From: an uncultured virus (IMG/VR IMGVR_UViG_3300033553_000824) | Lineage: Duplodnaviria > Heunggongvirae > Uroviricota > Caudoviricetes | Length of the DNA stretch: 64,000 nt | Reading direction: 5' to 3' (one strand) | Virus record (IMG/VR): IMGVR_UViG_3300033553_000824 | Shown here: positions 29,809 to 38,441 of the stretch, piece after piece | Layout: the number at the start of each line of letters is the position of its first letter | Numbering within the stretch: position 1 is the first letter of the stretch | The notes under the pieces: generated by a model | The model's database searches: none | Told to the model about the DNA's origin: nothing | What the model saw: only the letters and a program-made list of their open reading frames with translations | Position numbers and translations under genes: made by a program

Positions 29809-31254
29809 ATGAGCAAGCCCAGGGTTAGACTCAACACCCCGCTACAGAAGCACAGTCAGGGTTTATGTGGTTGTAGTTTTACTGTCAACCCTAACTTTTG
29901 TGTTTATCAACCGTTTTTGGATGGTTGGGATTTCACTTCTGATGTTGGTAATGGCGGTAAGCGTGGTGAGATTTTCACTCCTCGTTTCATTGTTGATAAA
30001 ATGATTGTAGATTCGGGGATGCTCCCTGAAGCCGCTGTGTATGATTATGATTACACTACGTTGTCTAAAGCTGATGCTCTGAAAGTTGTTCGCGCTAAAA
30101 TCAATGAACCTGCTATTGGTACCGGTAATTTCTCTTCAACTATTTTGTGGCATAAGGTCCATTATGTTGATTTTGTGTCACGTAACAAAACTGGGCGTTT
30201 AGATTTGAAGAAATATAACCTTCATCTGTTGGAAGCTATAGCTAGCATGTATTCGAATGATATTGATGTTGGTAACCTGGAAGCCTCTAAATGGCGTTTC
30301 CTGCGTTTAGGTGGTATTTACACTGAGAAGAACGTTGAGTTCTGGGTTGACCATATTTTGAACACTTTGGATGTTGAACTTAACTTTGAGAACTTACTAC
30401 TGGAGAATGAAACTTACAGCATGAAAGTTCTGGGTGAGTTTTTCACTTCAATGGCTGTCGTAGCTGACGCTAAAACAAACGAAGCAAGCACAGTTGTAGA
30501 GGAAACCGACACCGAACCTGTGTCTGAAAGTTCCGCTCCTGAGGCCTTAAAAACACATCTTGAACAACTATCCGAGGAGGAGACGAAAGTCGCTCAGACG
30601 ACCGTACAGGCCCTGCTGAAAGCAGATATTGAGACCCAAGTGCGCGCTAGTCTCACAGCAGCTGATGAGAACTGGGCTGCTGCCGATGAGGACAGAGGTA
30701 TCATAGATGTTCTATACAAAAAACACACCGGTCAGAACCCAACTTTAGCTACCAGGGAACTATGGAAACACATACTTGATGAGAACATGAAACTCTTCAA
30801 CGGTATAATAGAAGACGACACTATAGACGTTGAGAACAACTTTATTGTCCCCGGTTGGTTTAACATCAACTGGACCTGGTGGGGTTTCAGCAACTGGGCT
30901 GCTCCTAAAACAGGGCAAGAAGGTGAAATCTCAGTTGACATCCAAGAAACACGTGTACCCCTAGCGAAACAAATCCTAGAAGGCAAACTAGCTAACCTCA
31001 AACAAGAGATACTGACCTTAGAAGAAAAACGTGTACCAGAAGCTGAAGGCACCACAACTAAAGCCTTAGATATTAAAACAGAACCTAAACTAGTTTTCGC
31101 AGATGATAAAGACAAGAAAACTTACACAGAGAAGCAACGCCAAGTACGTGTCACCGAGAAGAAAATAAAACAAATCGAAACCGGTAAACTAGAAATAGAG
31201 TACGCCCCCATGGAAGCTCTCACCATGGAAGCAGACCAGGGTAGTTTATTCTAA
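29809..31254 (+). CDS. Methyltransferase-like SAM-binding subunit lacking an NPPY motif
   Basis: GEIFTP...VDKM, EPAIGTGNF (motif I), YSNDID; no NPPY/DPPY seen. Confidence 0.7.
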   Translation: MSKPRVRLNTPLQKHSQGLCGCSFTVNPNFCVYQPFLDGWDFTSDVGNGGKRGEIFTPRFIVDKMIVDSGMLPEAAVYDYDYTTLSKADALKVVRAKINEPAIGTGNFSSTILWHKVHYVDFVSRNKTGRLDLKKYNLHLLEAIASMYSNDIDVGNLEASKWRFLRLGGIYTEKNVEFWVDHILNTLDVELNFENLLLENETYSMKVLGEFFTSMAVVADAKTNEASTVVEETDTEPVSESSAPEALKTHLEQLSEEETKVAQTTVQALLKADIETQVRASLTAADENWAAADEDRGIIDVLYKKHTGQNPTLATRELWKHILDENMKLFNGIIEDDTIDVENNFIVPGWFNINWTWWGFSNWAAPKTGQEGEISVDIQETRVPLAKQILEGKLANLKQEILTLEEKRVPEAEGTTTKALDIKTEPKLVFADDKDKKTYTEKQRQVRVTEKKIKQIETGKLEIEYAPMEALTMEADQGSLF

Positions 31255-31284
31255 GGCCTTCAATTCAATATGATTATAATAATG

Positions 31285-31290
31285 CCGATA
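31285..31290 (+). promoter_or_regulatory. CCGATA promoter-like motif in the AT-rich leader of the CRISPR-like array
   Basis: TCAA-N15-GCCGATAT resembles the sigma28 consensus TAAA-N15-GCCGATAA; same motif precedes more than 20 genes. Confidence 0.6.
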
Positions 31291-31480
31291 TTTATAACTG
31301 TACTTAAATTTTAGGTTCAGCTAGGCTTAAGGGCCTGGTATTTGAGTACTTTCCCCGCTCAGGCGGGGCTGAAACCATTAGCGCAATCAGAGAGCATATA
31401 TGATCTGAATGTTCCCCCGCTTAGGCGGGGCTGAAACTCCGTTCCGGCAAAAGTCCGAGGCGAAGAGATTGGGATTTATA

Positions 31481-31705
31481 ATGAGTGTAATATCCAAGGA
31501 AGACTGTCCCCCAAAGGGTAATACGATATTTCTTATGGCGCTGTTAGGTGCCGTCTTGCTGTTCGGAAAGAATGAGCAGCCGCAGCCTAGGGAGCAGTGG
31601 TATGACAAAGGGTCTAAGGCTGAGGCCGTTGTCGTTCGCGCGCTACTCAGCGCGCTCATCATCTTATTCCTCACTGATGCGCTACTGTACCTGTTCTTAT
31701 TGTAG
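31481..31705 (+). CDS. Possible 74-aa two-TM membrane protein within long spacer 1
   Basis: Two hydrophobic segments; stop ends 1 nt before repeat 3; no clear RBS and a competing minus-strand ORF. Confidence 0.4.
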   Translation: MSVISKEDCPPKGNTIFLMALLGAVLLFGKNEQPQPREQWYDKGSKAEAVVVRALLSALIILFLTDALLYLFLL

Positions 31706-31752
31706 AATGTTCCCCGCTCAGGCGGGGTTGAAACCACAAACTTTAGTATTTG

Positions 31753-31941
31753 TTAACCCCTCACTTCGAACTCGCAAAGCGCCCAGGCCTTAGCAGCGTC
31801 ATAGCGTGTACTTGGTGATGACAAAGGGAGCACGTTCATCTGCCGCATGAGGTAGTTATAAGCGTTCATCTGCTCCCTGCTTGGGGGAGCGCCAAAGTGC
31901 CACTTGTAGGCGTCGAAGACTACTTGCTCAATCGGGGTCAT
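31753..31941 (-). CDS. 62-aa hypothetical protein within long spacer 2
   Basis: AAGGAG RBS at 31948-31953 and a sigmaA-type promoter upstream. Confidence 0.75.
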   Translation of the reverse strand: MTPIEQVVFDAYKWHFGAPPSREQMNAYNYLMRQMNVLPLSSPSTRYDAAKAWALCEFEVRG

Positions 31942-31968
31942 AATGTTCTCCTTGTTAGGTACCTCTAA

Positions 31969-31997
31969 AGTATGCCATACCTTCAGGAGCATGTCAA
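31969..31997 (-). promoter_or_regulatory. Sigma70/SigA-type promoter inside long spacer 2
   Basis: TTGACA (31997-31992), 17 nt, then CATACT (31974-31969) with extended -10 TG. Confidence 0.75.
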
Positions 31998-32144
31998 GTG
32001 TTGCGTGGTAGGAGTCCTGGAATAACATGTTCCCCGCTCAGGCGGGGCTGAAACCAGCTTAGTTAACATAAAAAGAGGATTAAGGCGGCTCTATAATACT
32101 GAGCCGTTAGATAAGTGAGAACCAATCAAAGGAAGATGATACTA

Positions 32145-32435
32145 ATGGGAAAATACGATCACACTAATAAGAAGGAACTCTCTTCAGTCATGTACGGGGT
32201 TAAAGCTAACTCGAACCGGTACCCGGCTGACATAGCTGATTACGCTGATGGTGTCCTTAAATCTGATTTCCTCCCTGAGTACGCTTCTCATGTTCTTGAG
32301 GTTGCTGCTAGGGAAGTGAACACCATGGAGTTAGATGGTCTGTTCGGTGGTAAACTATCTGGGGTTGAAGTTGTTGCTCTTAGGAATGTTATTAGCAAAT
32401 GGTTGCTGTCTGAAGCTAATGAGGCGCTCCAATAA
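32145..32435 (+). CDS. Hypothetical protein
   Basis: CGTTAG motif at 32105; AGGA RBS. Confidence 0.65.
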   Translation: MGKYDHTNKKELSSVMYGVKANSNRYPADIADYADGVLKSDFLPEYASHVLEVAAREVNTMELDGLFGGKLSGVEVVALRNVISKWLLSEANEALQ

Positions 32436-32564
32436 TAGTTGGTGCTGTCCCACGATAGTTTGGGTTGTCCCACGATAGTTTGGGTTGTCCCACGATAGTT
32501 TGGGTTGTCCCACGATAGTTGGCGCTGCCCCACAATAGTTGGTACTGTCCCACAATAGTTGGGT
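32435..32564. repeat. 20-bp tandem repeat, about 6.5 copies
   Basis: ATAGTTTGGGTTGTCCCACG three exact copies flanked by variants; intergenic. Confidence 0.95.
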
Positions 32565-32640
32565 AGCGTAGGGGCATAAAAAAGTGTGAACCCCTGCCCG
32601 TTAGATAAGTTGAAGGTTACATTATTAGAGGAGATTTGTT

Positions 32641-33063
32641 ATGTTCGGTAGAGATAATGGCGGTTTGAACAGTAAGTTCGTTCCTGTTTTAACAACAGGA
32701 AGGATTGAAGCCTCAAATTTTAAGGGAGTTAAGTCTTTACCTTCAGTTCCTTTGGATACGTTATCTCTTTATCTTCACGGTAAAGTGAAAGGTGTTACCC
32801 GTATTGGCAATCCGGAGCAGATTATGTCGCTCATAGAGCAAGGGGGTTTCGGTGATGTTGTGGGTTTATGGGTAAAAGATGACGGTCGTGTCTCCAAAAT
32901 GGCTGTGTTTAACAGGGAAGGTAAGATTCTGGATAACTGGTGGGAGGACATCACTAAGGAGCTAAAAGAGGACGCTGTGTTCGGGTATCGTTATGATGTA
33001 GGCCGGTATGTTATGTTAGCTGGTCCTGATATAGATTTAGTTGATCTTATAAAGAGTCTCTAA
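32641..33063 (+). CDS. Hypothetical protein, family A
   Basis: MFG start, GGFGDVVGLW, FNREG, YVMLAGP. Confidence 0.75.
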   Translation: MFGRDNGGLNSKFVPVLTTGRIEASNFKGVKSLPSVPLDTLSLYLHGKVKGVTRIGNPEQIMSLIEQGGFGDVVGLWVKDDGRVSKMAVFNREGKILDNWWEDITKELKEDAVFGYRYDVGRYVMLAGPDIDLVDLIKSL

Positions 33064-33095
33064 CTAACATATTTTACTGACAAGGAGATACATTT

Positions 33096-33290
33096 ATGAG
33101 TACGAGCATAGAGGATTATGTAAAGTTTTTAGCTAAACCTATGAAAGATAAAGATATGTCTGAAGCACGTAACGTAGCTGCTGCGGATTTGAAGGTAAGT
33201 AACCCTGGTATATACGATATGGTTGTTGAGAAAATAGCGGAATATAAGAAAGAGTTCCCTGAAAGTGAATATTTTTATTTGAAAGTTTAG
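33096..33290 (+). CDS. Hypothetical protein
   Basis: AAGGAG RBS. Confidence 0.65.
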   Translation: MSTSIEDYVKFLAKPMKDKDMSEARNVAAADLKVSNPGIYDMVVEKIAEYKKEFPESEYFYLKV

Positions 33291-33472
33291 CGAAAATGGT
33301 TTCCATTTATTACTGATATTCTAGTATAGAAGCTACTCCAGGAGTTGAAGTCGATTATGGACAAAGAAGATACAGGAAAAGAAGTTCTTATCACTAGTTC
33401 TGTTGGGGACATACAGTTAGAGGGTTTCGGTTTAGCCAGGAATATAGAGGTTTTCGAAATGAAGGAGCAGGT

Positions 33473-33667
33473 ATGACTATCAAACAAGGTGATCGTGTAG
33501 CGGATATGGATGAGGGGCTTGCTATGCTCCGACAGATTATGGGCACTGGTGAACCTAACCATCATGGAACAGTTAGTGAAGTTATTGGGGATACAGCTTA
33601 TATTTTGTATGATGATGACCAGTGCGCTCCGTGCCCTGTTTCTCAACTCGTTAAGTTGGATGAATAA
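33473..33667 (+). CDS. Small hypothetical protein, possibly SH3-like
   Basis: AAGGAG RBS; GDRV...GTV.EV.G..AYI. Confidence 0.65.
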   Translation: MTIKQGDRVADMDEGLAMLRQIMGTGEPNHHGTVSEVIGDTAYILYDDDQCAPCPVSQLVKLDE

Positions 33668-33790
33668 CAGTTTTCGGTTGAGTGCTTTAATGTAGCTGTA
33701 ACCAGCAAGGTTAACATGTCAACTCCCGTCCGTTAGGATTAAGTAAAGAGCTATTAGGTAAGCTGAATTTCCAGAAGGAGTCGTAACAAT

Positions 33791-34006
33791 ATGAGTAGAA
33801 CAGTAAAGTTAGAGAATAAAGATAGTGTGTTTCTTATAATGAGCCCGGATGAGCACACTGCTCTTCATTTTTTCCTGTTAGAGCTTAATAAAATGAGCCC
33901 GGTAGAAGCTCGTGCTAGTTTAGCTAAAATCAATGTGTCTTTAGCTTCAAATGAGGTTGAGAACTTAATGGGTTTAGACACCTCAGTTCAAAAATCCCGC
34001 CACTGA
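33791..34006 (+). CDS. Hypothetical protein
   Basis: AAGGAG RBS; CGTTAG upstream. Confidence 0.65.
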   Translation: MSRTVKLENKDSVFLIMSPDEHTALHFFLLELNKMSPVEARASLAKINVSLASNEVENLMGLDTSVQKSRH

Positions 34007-34022
34007 CCTTAAGGAGCAAAAC

Positions 34023-34178
34023 ATGACTGTTCAACGCAAAATAGTAATCAATGTTGTAGCTGATTTTCAGGAAGATGTTGATGCGCTTTTTGATGCTATC
34101 GCCACTGTTGTTAACAACACAGGGGTGTACCCAACTCTGATGGTTGATATGTTCACTGGACTGGTGTCTGATGACTGA
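34023..34178 (+). CDS. Small hypothetical protein (51 aa)
   Basis: AAGGAG RBS; manual translation MTVQRKIVINVVADF... Confidence 0.6.
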   Translation: MTVQRKIVINVVADFQEDVDALFDAIATVVNNTGVYPTLMVDMFTGLVSDD

Positions 34179-34560
34179 TAACTCGCCAACATATTATGTG
34201 GATTATAAACCTGTCACCGTAACGCGTTATGATGGTGACCCTGAACCTGTCAACAACCTGCTTAACGATCTGTTCCTTCAGTCCGGAGTTGAAGTTTGCC
34301 CTGGTCAGTGGATTGTACAGCATGAAGACGGTAGGGTTGAAGTTCGTAACACCGAACCACCAAGAGTTGAGAAGTGGGAATGGGCTGTCTCAGTTTACGG
34401 AGCTGAACCTATGATAAAAAACAATGAAGCTGATGCTCGTCTTCTCGAAGGTGAAGATTTCCCACAAGGCTGGGCTGTTGTGAAACGCCCTGTTATTCGC
34501 ACTGGAACTGGCTCTAGGGACACTTGGACTGGACCTTGGCAGGAAGCAAACAGCAAATAG
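34171..34560 (+). CDS. Phage-type hypothetical protein
   Basis: Overlaps the previous stop (ATGACTGA). Confidence 0.65.
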   Translation: MTDNSPTYYVDYKPVTVTRYDGDPEPVNNLLNDLFLQSGVEVCPGQWIVQHEDGRVEVRNTEPPRVEKWEWAVSVYGAEPMIKNNEADARLLEGEDFPQGWAVVKRPVIRTGTGSRDTWTGPWQEANSK

Positions 34561-34762
34561 TTGAACCCGAAAAATTAGGGAACGACTAAGAGAATGAACG
34601 AGAGCGGATTTGAGAAAGTCAAACTAACCCGTCAGCAGATGATTGATCTGTTAGCTGAAGACACCAGGGAGAACACAAACTGGGATGAGGTAATCCACCT
34701 TGATGGTAACGGTAACACCCCCGTTATCTGAGGAAGCTATGTGGGGGATGTCCGACTAAGCG

Positions 34763-35002
34763 TTAAGGCATCAAGTTAGGATATAATCTTCCCTGGTTGT
34801 TCTCACTGATGATAACACCGTTCTCAACAATAGCGTAAGCCCCGTTCTGTACGTTCACAACCCTGTCAGTGTTTTTAGTTCCAACAGCAAGGTCAAAAGT
34901 GAGTGCCCATCCGATTAGAATATTATCACAATATGCGGCGTAACCGTGACGTGTAACCTGCCCTAGTTCTTTTTGCATTTCAGCGTGAGTTTCTTTATCC
35001 AT
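34763..35002 (-). CDS. Hypothetical protein
   Basis: 79-aa ORF. Confidence 0.5.
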   Translation of the reverse strand: MDKETHAEMQKELGQVTRHGYAAYCDNILIGWALTFDLAVGTKNTDRVVNVQNGAYAIVENGVIISENNQGRLYPNLMP

Positions 35003-35687
35003 GTGGTCCAGTGTAGCATAACCAATGGGCGATAGTCAAGGTCAATTCAACTCATGGTAAGTAATAGTCTAATAGTTGCAGTTTTCGCTTAGGGTTTTTG
35101 GCTTGCGGGGGTTTATCAGTTCGGTGAGTACCGAGGTTTGCCCATTAACAATAAGTTCCAACGGAGGATTGGTAGTGTCATTATCTGCCATGATTAACTC
35201 CTTTTTAGAACATATATTTACCTTTTACCAGGTGTTGTGTCGATATCCGTGAAATCTTCGAATTCAAAATCTTTTATAAGGCCAACTCCGGGGAAATACA
35301 CATCTGCTTTAACTGTGTATTCGGAAGTTCCCTGGGTATCAGACATTGTAATGTTCCTTAGCTTACTTGTTATATATCGGTATCCGGCAAAATCAATAAA
35401 CTCAAACCCGATATTCATTATATGTACTAAGCGGGAGTTGCTGATGTCTCAACCTAATGAAGTTCCAATCAAAACCGTTGATATGAGTTTTGAGGGTATC
35501 GGAGTTTTTACTGGAATTGAAGTGCGAGATCTTTCAGTTTTAGACACTAAATGAACCGGTGCGTTCCCTCATATTCATCATACGCTGTGAGTTGTTTACA
35601 TGATGAAAGTTTCAGCTTGTTCCCATTGTTTTCTCCGTTAGAGTAAACTTTAGTTATGAACAACAAAAATAGGTAGGTATATAACGA

Positions 35688-35921
35688 ATGGCTAATCCCG
35701 CTCCCACTGTAGATCAGGTGCGACAAGCTTTTGAACTTGCACATGAACTAACTGGCGCCTCACTCGACCCGTCAGATTTTGACCGTTTCTTAGCTGAATA
35801 CGCTGGAACAGTTATAGATGAAGCTATTCAAGCTTACTGGGCTGATCTTACATTAACGCGTTTCCCCGAAACAGCTGAGTGGATGAAAAAACATGCGACT
35901 TACATTAGGAGACAAAAATGA
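35688..35921 (+). CDS. Hypothetical protein
   Basis: CGTTAG upstream; overlaps the next gene. Confidence 0.65.
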   Translation: MANPAPTVDQVRQAFELAHELTGASLDPSDFDRFLAEYAGTVIDEAIQAYWADLTLTRFPETAEWMKKHATYIRRQK

Positions 35922-36217
35922 TGAGCGGAATTTACGCCCGTAACCATAAGTGGTTATCTTATTGCGACTGTGATGGTAAGAACAGGTGGGAAAGTGCTCC
36001 TGGTACTGTAGAGGAAGCATTTGTGGCCCTCACTAAACATCACGCATCTGAGCATAAACATGGCGGGGTTGTTGAACGTGAGGACATGTGGATAGCGTAT
36101 TGTGACGAAGGTGACGGTTGGACTAGTGAACCAGGTTCAGGGGCTGAAGCATGGGCGGATTTAGCTGAACATCATGAAACTGAACATGTTCATGAGGTTA
36201 TTGAAGAGAACAGATAA
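35918..36217 (+). CDS. His/Cys-rich protein with internal duplication
   Basis: W..YCD...W.S.PG...EA...L..HH..EH twice. Confidence 0.7.
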   Translation: MMSGIYARNHKWLSYCDCDGKNRWESAPGTVEEAFVALTKHHASEHKHGGVVEREDMWIAYCDEGDGWTSEPGSGAEAWADLAEHHETEHVHEVIEENR

Positions 36218-36265
36218 GATAAGATAAGGCCAATAGTTATTTGCATAATACGTTAGGATACTAGT

Positions 36266-36604
36266 ATGTCATACATGAGAACAAGCGAAAAGAACTGTGA
36301 CGTTTACGTTTACAGTAACGGTCACCAATATTTCACCCAAGTTAAATACCGGGAGGAAGACCCGGACTACACTGGCCCTGCGGTTGATTTAACTAAACTA
36401 GCGGGAACTTCTATTGAGTTCATCCAACAGGAAATGGCTAAAGGTTGGAGGATTTTCGATAACCCTCACGCCGGAGAGTCTTATACCCATGACACAGCTC
36501 AGGAATGTTTAGATAACCTCCTTGAGCTTCAGAAAGACGGTGTAAAATTATCTTCAAGCGGAATTGGAATGCTTAGGATAGCCGTTAAGGAAGGAAAGCA
36601 GTAA
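36266..36604 (+). CDS. Phage-type hypothetical protein
   Basis: MSY.R.S...DVYVY N-terminus; CGTTAG at 36251. Confidence 0.7.
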   Translation: MSYMRTSEKNCDVYVYSNGHQYFTQVKYREEDPDYTGPAVDLTKLAGTSIEFIQQEMAKGWRIFDNPHAGESYTHDTAQECLDNLLELQKDGVKLSSSGIGMLRIAVKEGKQ

Positions 36605-36758
36605 TATAGGTGGTACTAGGCTCTAAACCAAATATATCTCAAGCGTGTTAATTATATGCAAAGATTTGATTATATGTAGCGAGCTCTAGACGTTAGCACA
36701 TATTATGTGCTATACTATACCGATATTTTATTATATACAGGAAGGGAAGGCGACTATT

Positions 36759-37178
36759 GTGACTAACAGTAATCTATTAGGTAGGAACCTTGATACAACC
36801 ATGCCTGATCAGAAATTCAAGTTCGAGCAGCATAAAAATATTCTATCTTCAATAAGTGAGGAGAAGTTTAACAAGACTAAAGGGATATTACTGAAGGAAC
36901 TTGAACGCCAAAGGGAAATAAACGGTTCATGGTTCAAAACTACTATTGATAGGTGGGTTGAAGTAGTTAACGAGGGGTTGCAGGAGACCATAGAATTCTC
37001 TATGCTTACTTTCGATCCTGTGGAGCACGATAACGGTAGCACAATCAGGACCATCTCCCCTATTTATTTACTATCAACACCGGAGATAAGGCAAAATTTC
37101 ATAGATAAATTGGACATTCCGAAGGGGCTACCTGTCAATAAAAACTGGAGGCAAAAAATTGAAACGCTCACAATTTAA
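36759..37178 (+). CDS. Putative partner (antitoxin-like) of the DUF6036 protein
   Basis: Overlaps the downstream gene; IRTISP..L....R C-terminal motif; GTG start after a purine-rich RBS. Confidence 0.55.
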   Translation: MTNSNLLGRNLDTTMPDQKFKFEQHKNILSSISEEKFNKTKGILLKELERQREINGSWFKTTIDRWVEVVNEGLQETIEFSMLTFDPVEHDNGSTIRTISPIYLLSTPEIRQNFIDKLDIPKGLPVNKNWRQKIETLTI

Positions 37179-37779
37179 TGTAGCAGTTTTAAGCTTATGC
37201 GAATATCTAAAAGTCGAAGAGATTTTCGTTATAGGCTCTCAGTCTATCTTGGGAACCTATCCTGATGATAAATTGCCTAAAATAAATACTTACTCAGCTG
37301 AGTTAGATGCCACAATGTGGGAGGATGACCTTCTCCGTGTCGGGGTAACGTCCGAACAGGTATCCCATGCTATAAGTTCTGGGTTCGGCCAGGACACAGA
37401 TTTTCATAGGGAATACGGAATATATATAGATGGAGTATCTCTAACAACTCCTACCTTAGCTAGAGGTTGGAAAGACAGACTCGTTAAATATAGGATAGCT
37501 GGCAAAACGGCCTTATGCATAGATCCATATGATTTATGCGTTGCTAAGATAGCAATAACGGACACCCGCGAGCGAGATACCCCATTCGTCATAGCTTTAA
37601 TTAGAGACGGCAGAATTAACCCTACTCTACTTTTAGAGCTATTTCAGCTACCACTTGAGAATAGTCAGATGAACGATACTATGTATAATAACAGGGTGGA
37701 TCTCCTAAAGAGTTTCATAGAAAAGTATACAACTAGTTTGCCTAAACATAAACTTGTTAGTGGCAGGATAAGGAGATAA
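37159..37779 (+). CDS. DUF6036-family nucleotidyltransferase-like protein
   Basis: VIGSQSILG, S.ELD, FH..YG.Y.DGV, GW.DRL, CIDP.DL..AK, RERD. Confidence 0.75.
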   Translation: MKRSQFNVAVLSLCEYLKVEEIFVIGSQSILGTYPDDKLPKINTYSAELDATMWEDDLLRVGVTSEQVSHAISSGFGQDTDFHREYGIYIDGVSLTTPTLARGWKDRLVKYRIAGKTALCIDPYDLCVAKIAITDTRERDTPFVIALIRDGRINPTLLLELFQLPLENSQMNDTMYNNRVDLLKSFIEKYTTSLPKHKLVSGRIRR

Positions 37780-37884
37780 ACGTTCTGCTTTGATCCTGCT
37801 AAGGAAGGAAAGCAGTAATATAGGTGTTACCGTATTATTAGTTTATATTTATGGTAAGGCAACTGTGAACCAACAGCGGAAGGG

Positions 37885-38310
37885 GTGAACAAAATGTCAA
37901 ACATAGTGATGAATGTAAGTGTCACGTTGTTCTACACTGAAGGAAGTACTTTAGAGGCTGACCGGTTTGTTTTCTCTAAAGACCTTTCAAAAGAAATCCT
38001 TAGAGTTATAAGCGAAGATGATGTGCTTAAATTCGCTGTTGAGAGTTTCGAAGTTAACATCGAAGATGCCGGTAAAATTATCACATATTTGTTCTTAAAA
38101 TTTGATGAATCAGAATTCGAACAACTTCATCTTAGAGATGCAGTTATCATAGCTGTGTATGAAGCACTATATTCCCTTGATGTTCGTATCGACAAAGGGT
38201 CTGTATCTATTGACCCAGAGGACGAGTTGAAAAACGCTCTTCTGTTAAAGAAAGAAGCTAAATACGTTATCGATCATAGTCACTCTATTGACAGAGGGGA
38301 ATTACAATAA
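37885..38310 (+). CDS. Hypothetical protein
   Basis: 141-aa ORF. Confidence 0.6.
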   Translation: MNKMSNIVMNVSVTLFYTEGSTLEADRFVFSKDLSKEILRVISEDDVLKFAVESFEVNIEDAGKIITYLFLKFDESEFEQLHLRDAVIIAVYEALYSLDVRIDKGSVSIDPEDELKNALLLKKEAKYVIDHSHSIDRGELQ

Positions 38311-38441
38311 GGTTATTACCTACTACATATTGCTGAACCAAAAAATGGAACCAGTATGCCATTCCCATAGTTATAGTTTAGGTTATTGAAACTCGTTGCC
38401 GTTAGATTAAAAAGGAAAGCTACCGAAGGGGTAATATAAAA

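Larger units (their letters stand above)
31348..32055 (+). CRISPR. Type I-E-like CRISPR repeat array: 4 repeats, spacers of 32, 268 and 291 nt, no cas genes in window
   Basis: Consensus ATGTTCCCCGCTCAGGCGGGGCTGAAACC (29 nt, CCCCGC-TCAG-GCGGGG hairpin plus 8-nt tail) at 31348-31376, 31409-31438, 31707-31735, 32027-32055. Confidence 0.85.
36586..37826. mobile_element. Two-gene insertion bounded by 27-bp direct repeats
   Basis: TAAGGAAGGAAAGCAGTAATATAGGTG at 36586-36612 and 37800-37826. Confidence 0.65.

Noticed and set aside
31638..31655. Hairpin GCGCGCT-ACTC-AGCGCGC as a hidden degenerate CRISPR repeat in long spacer 1
   Set aside because: The sequence differs from the repeat, lacks the GAAAC tail and is out of 61-nt register.
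32288..32555. Minus-strand ORFs with repeated peptides
   Set aside because: By-products of the 20-bp tandem repeat; they overlap a better plus-strand gene.
32435..32564. Second CRISPR array
   Set aside because: Units are contiguous with no unique spacers.
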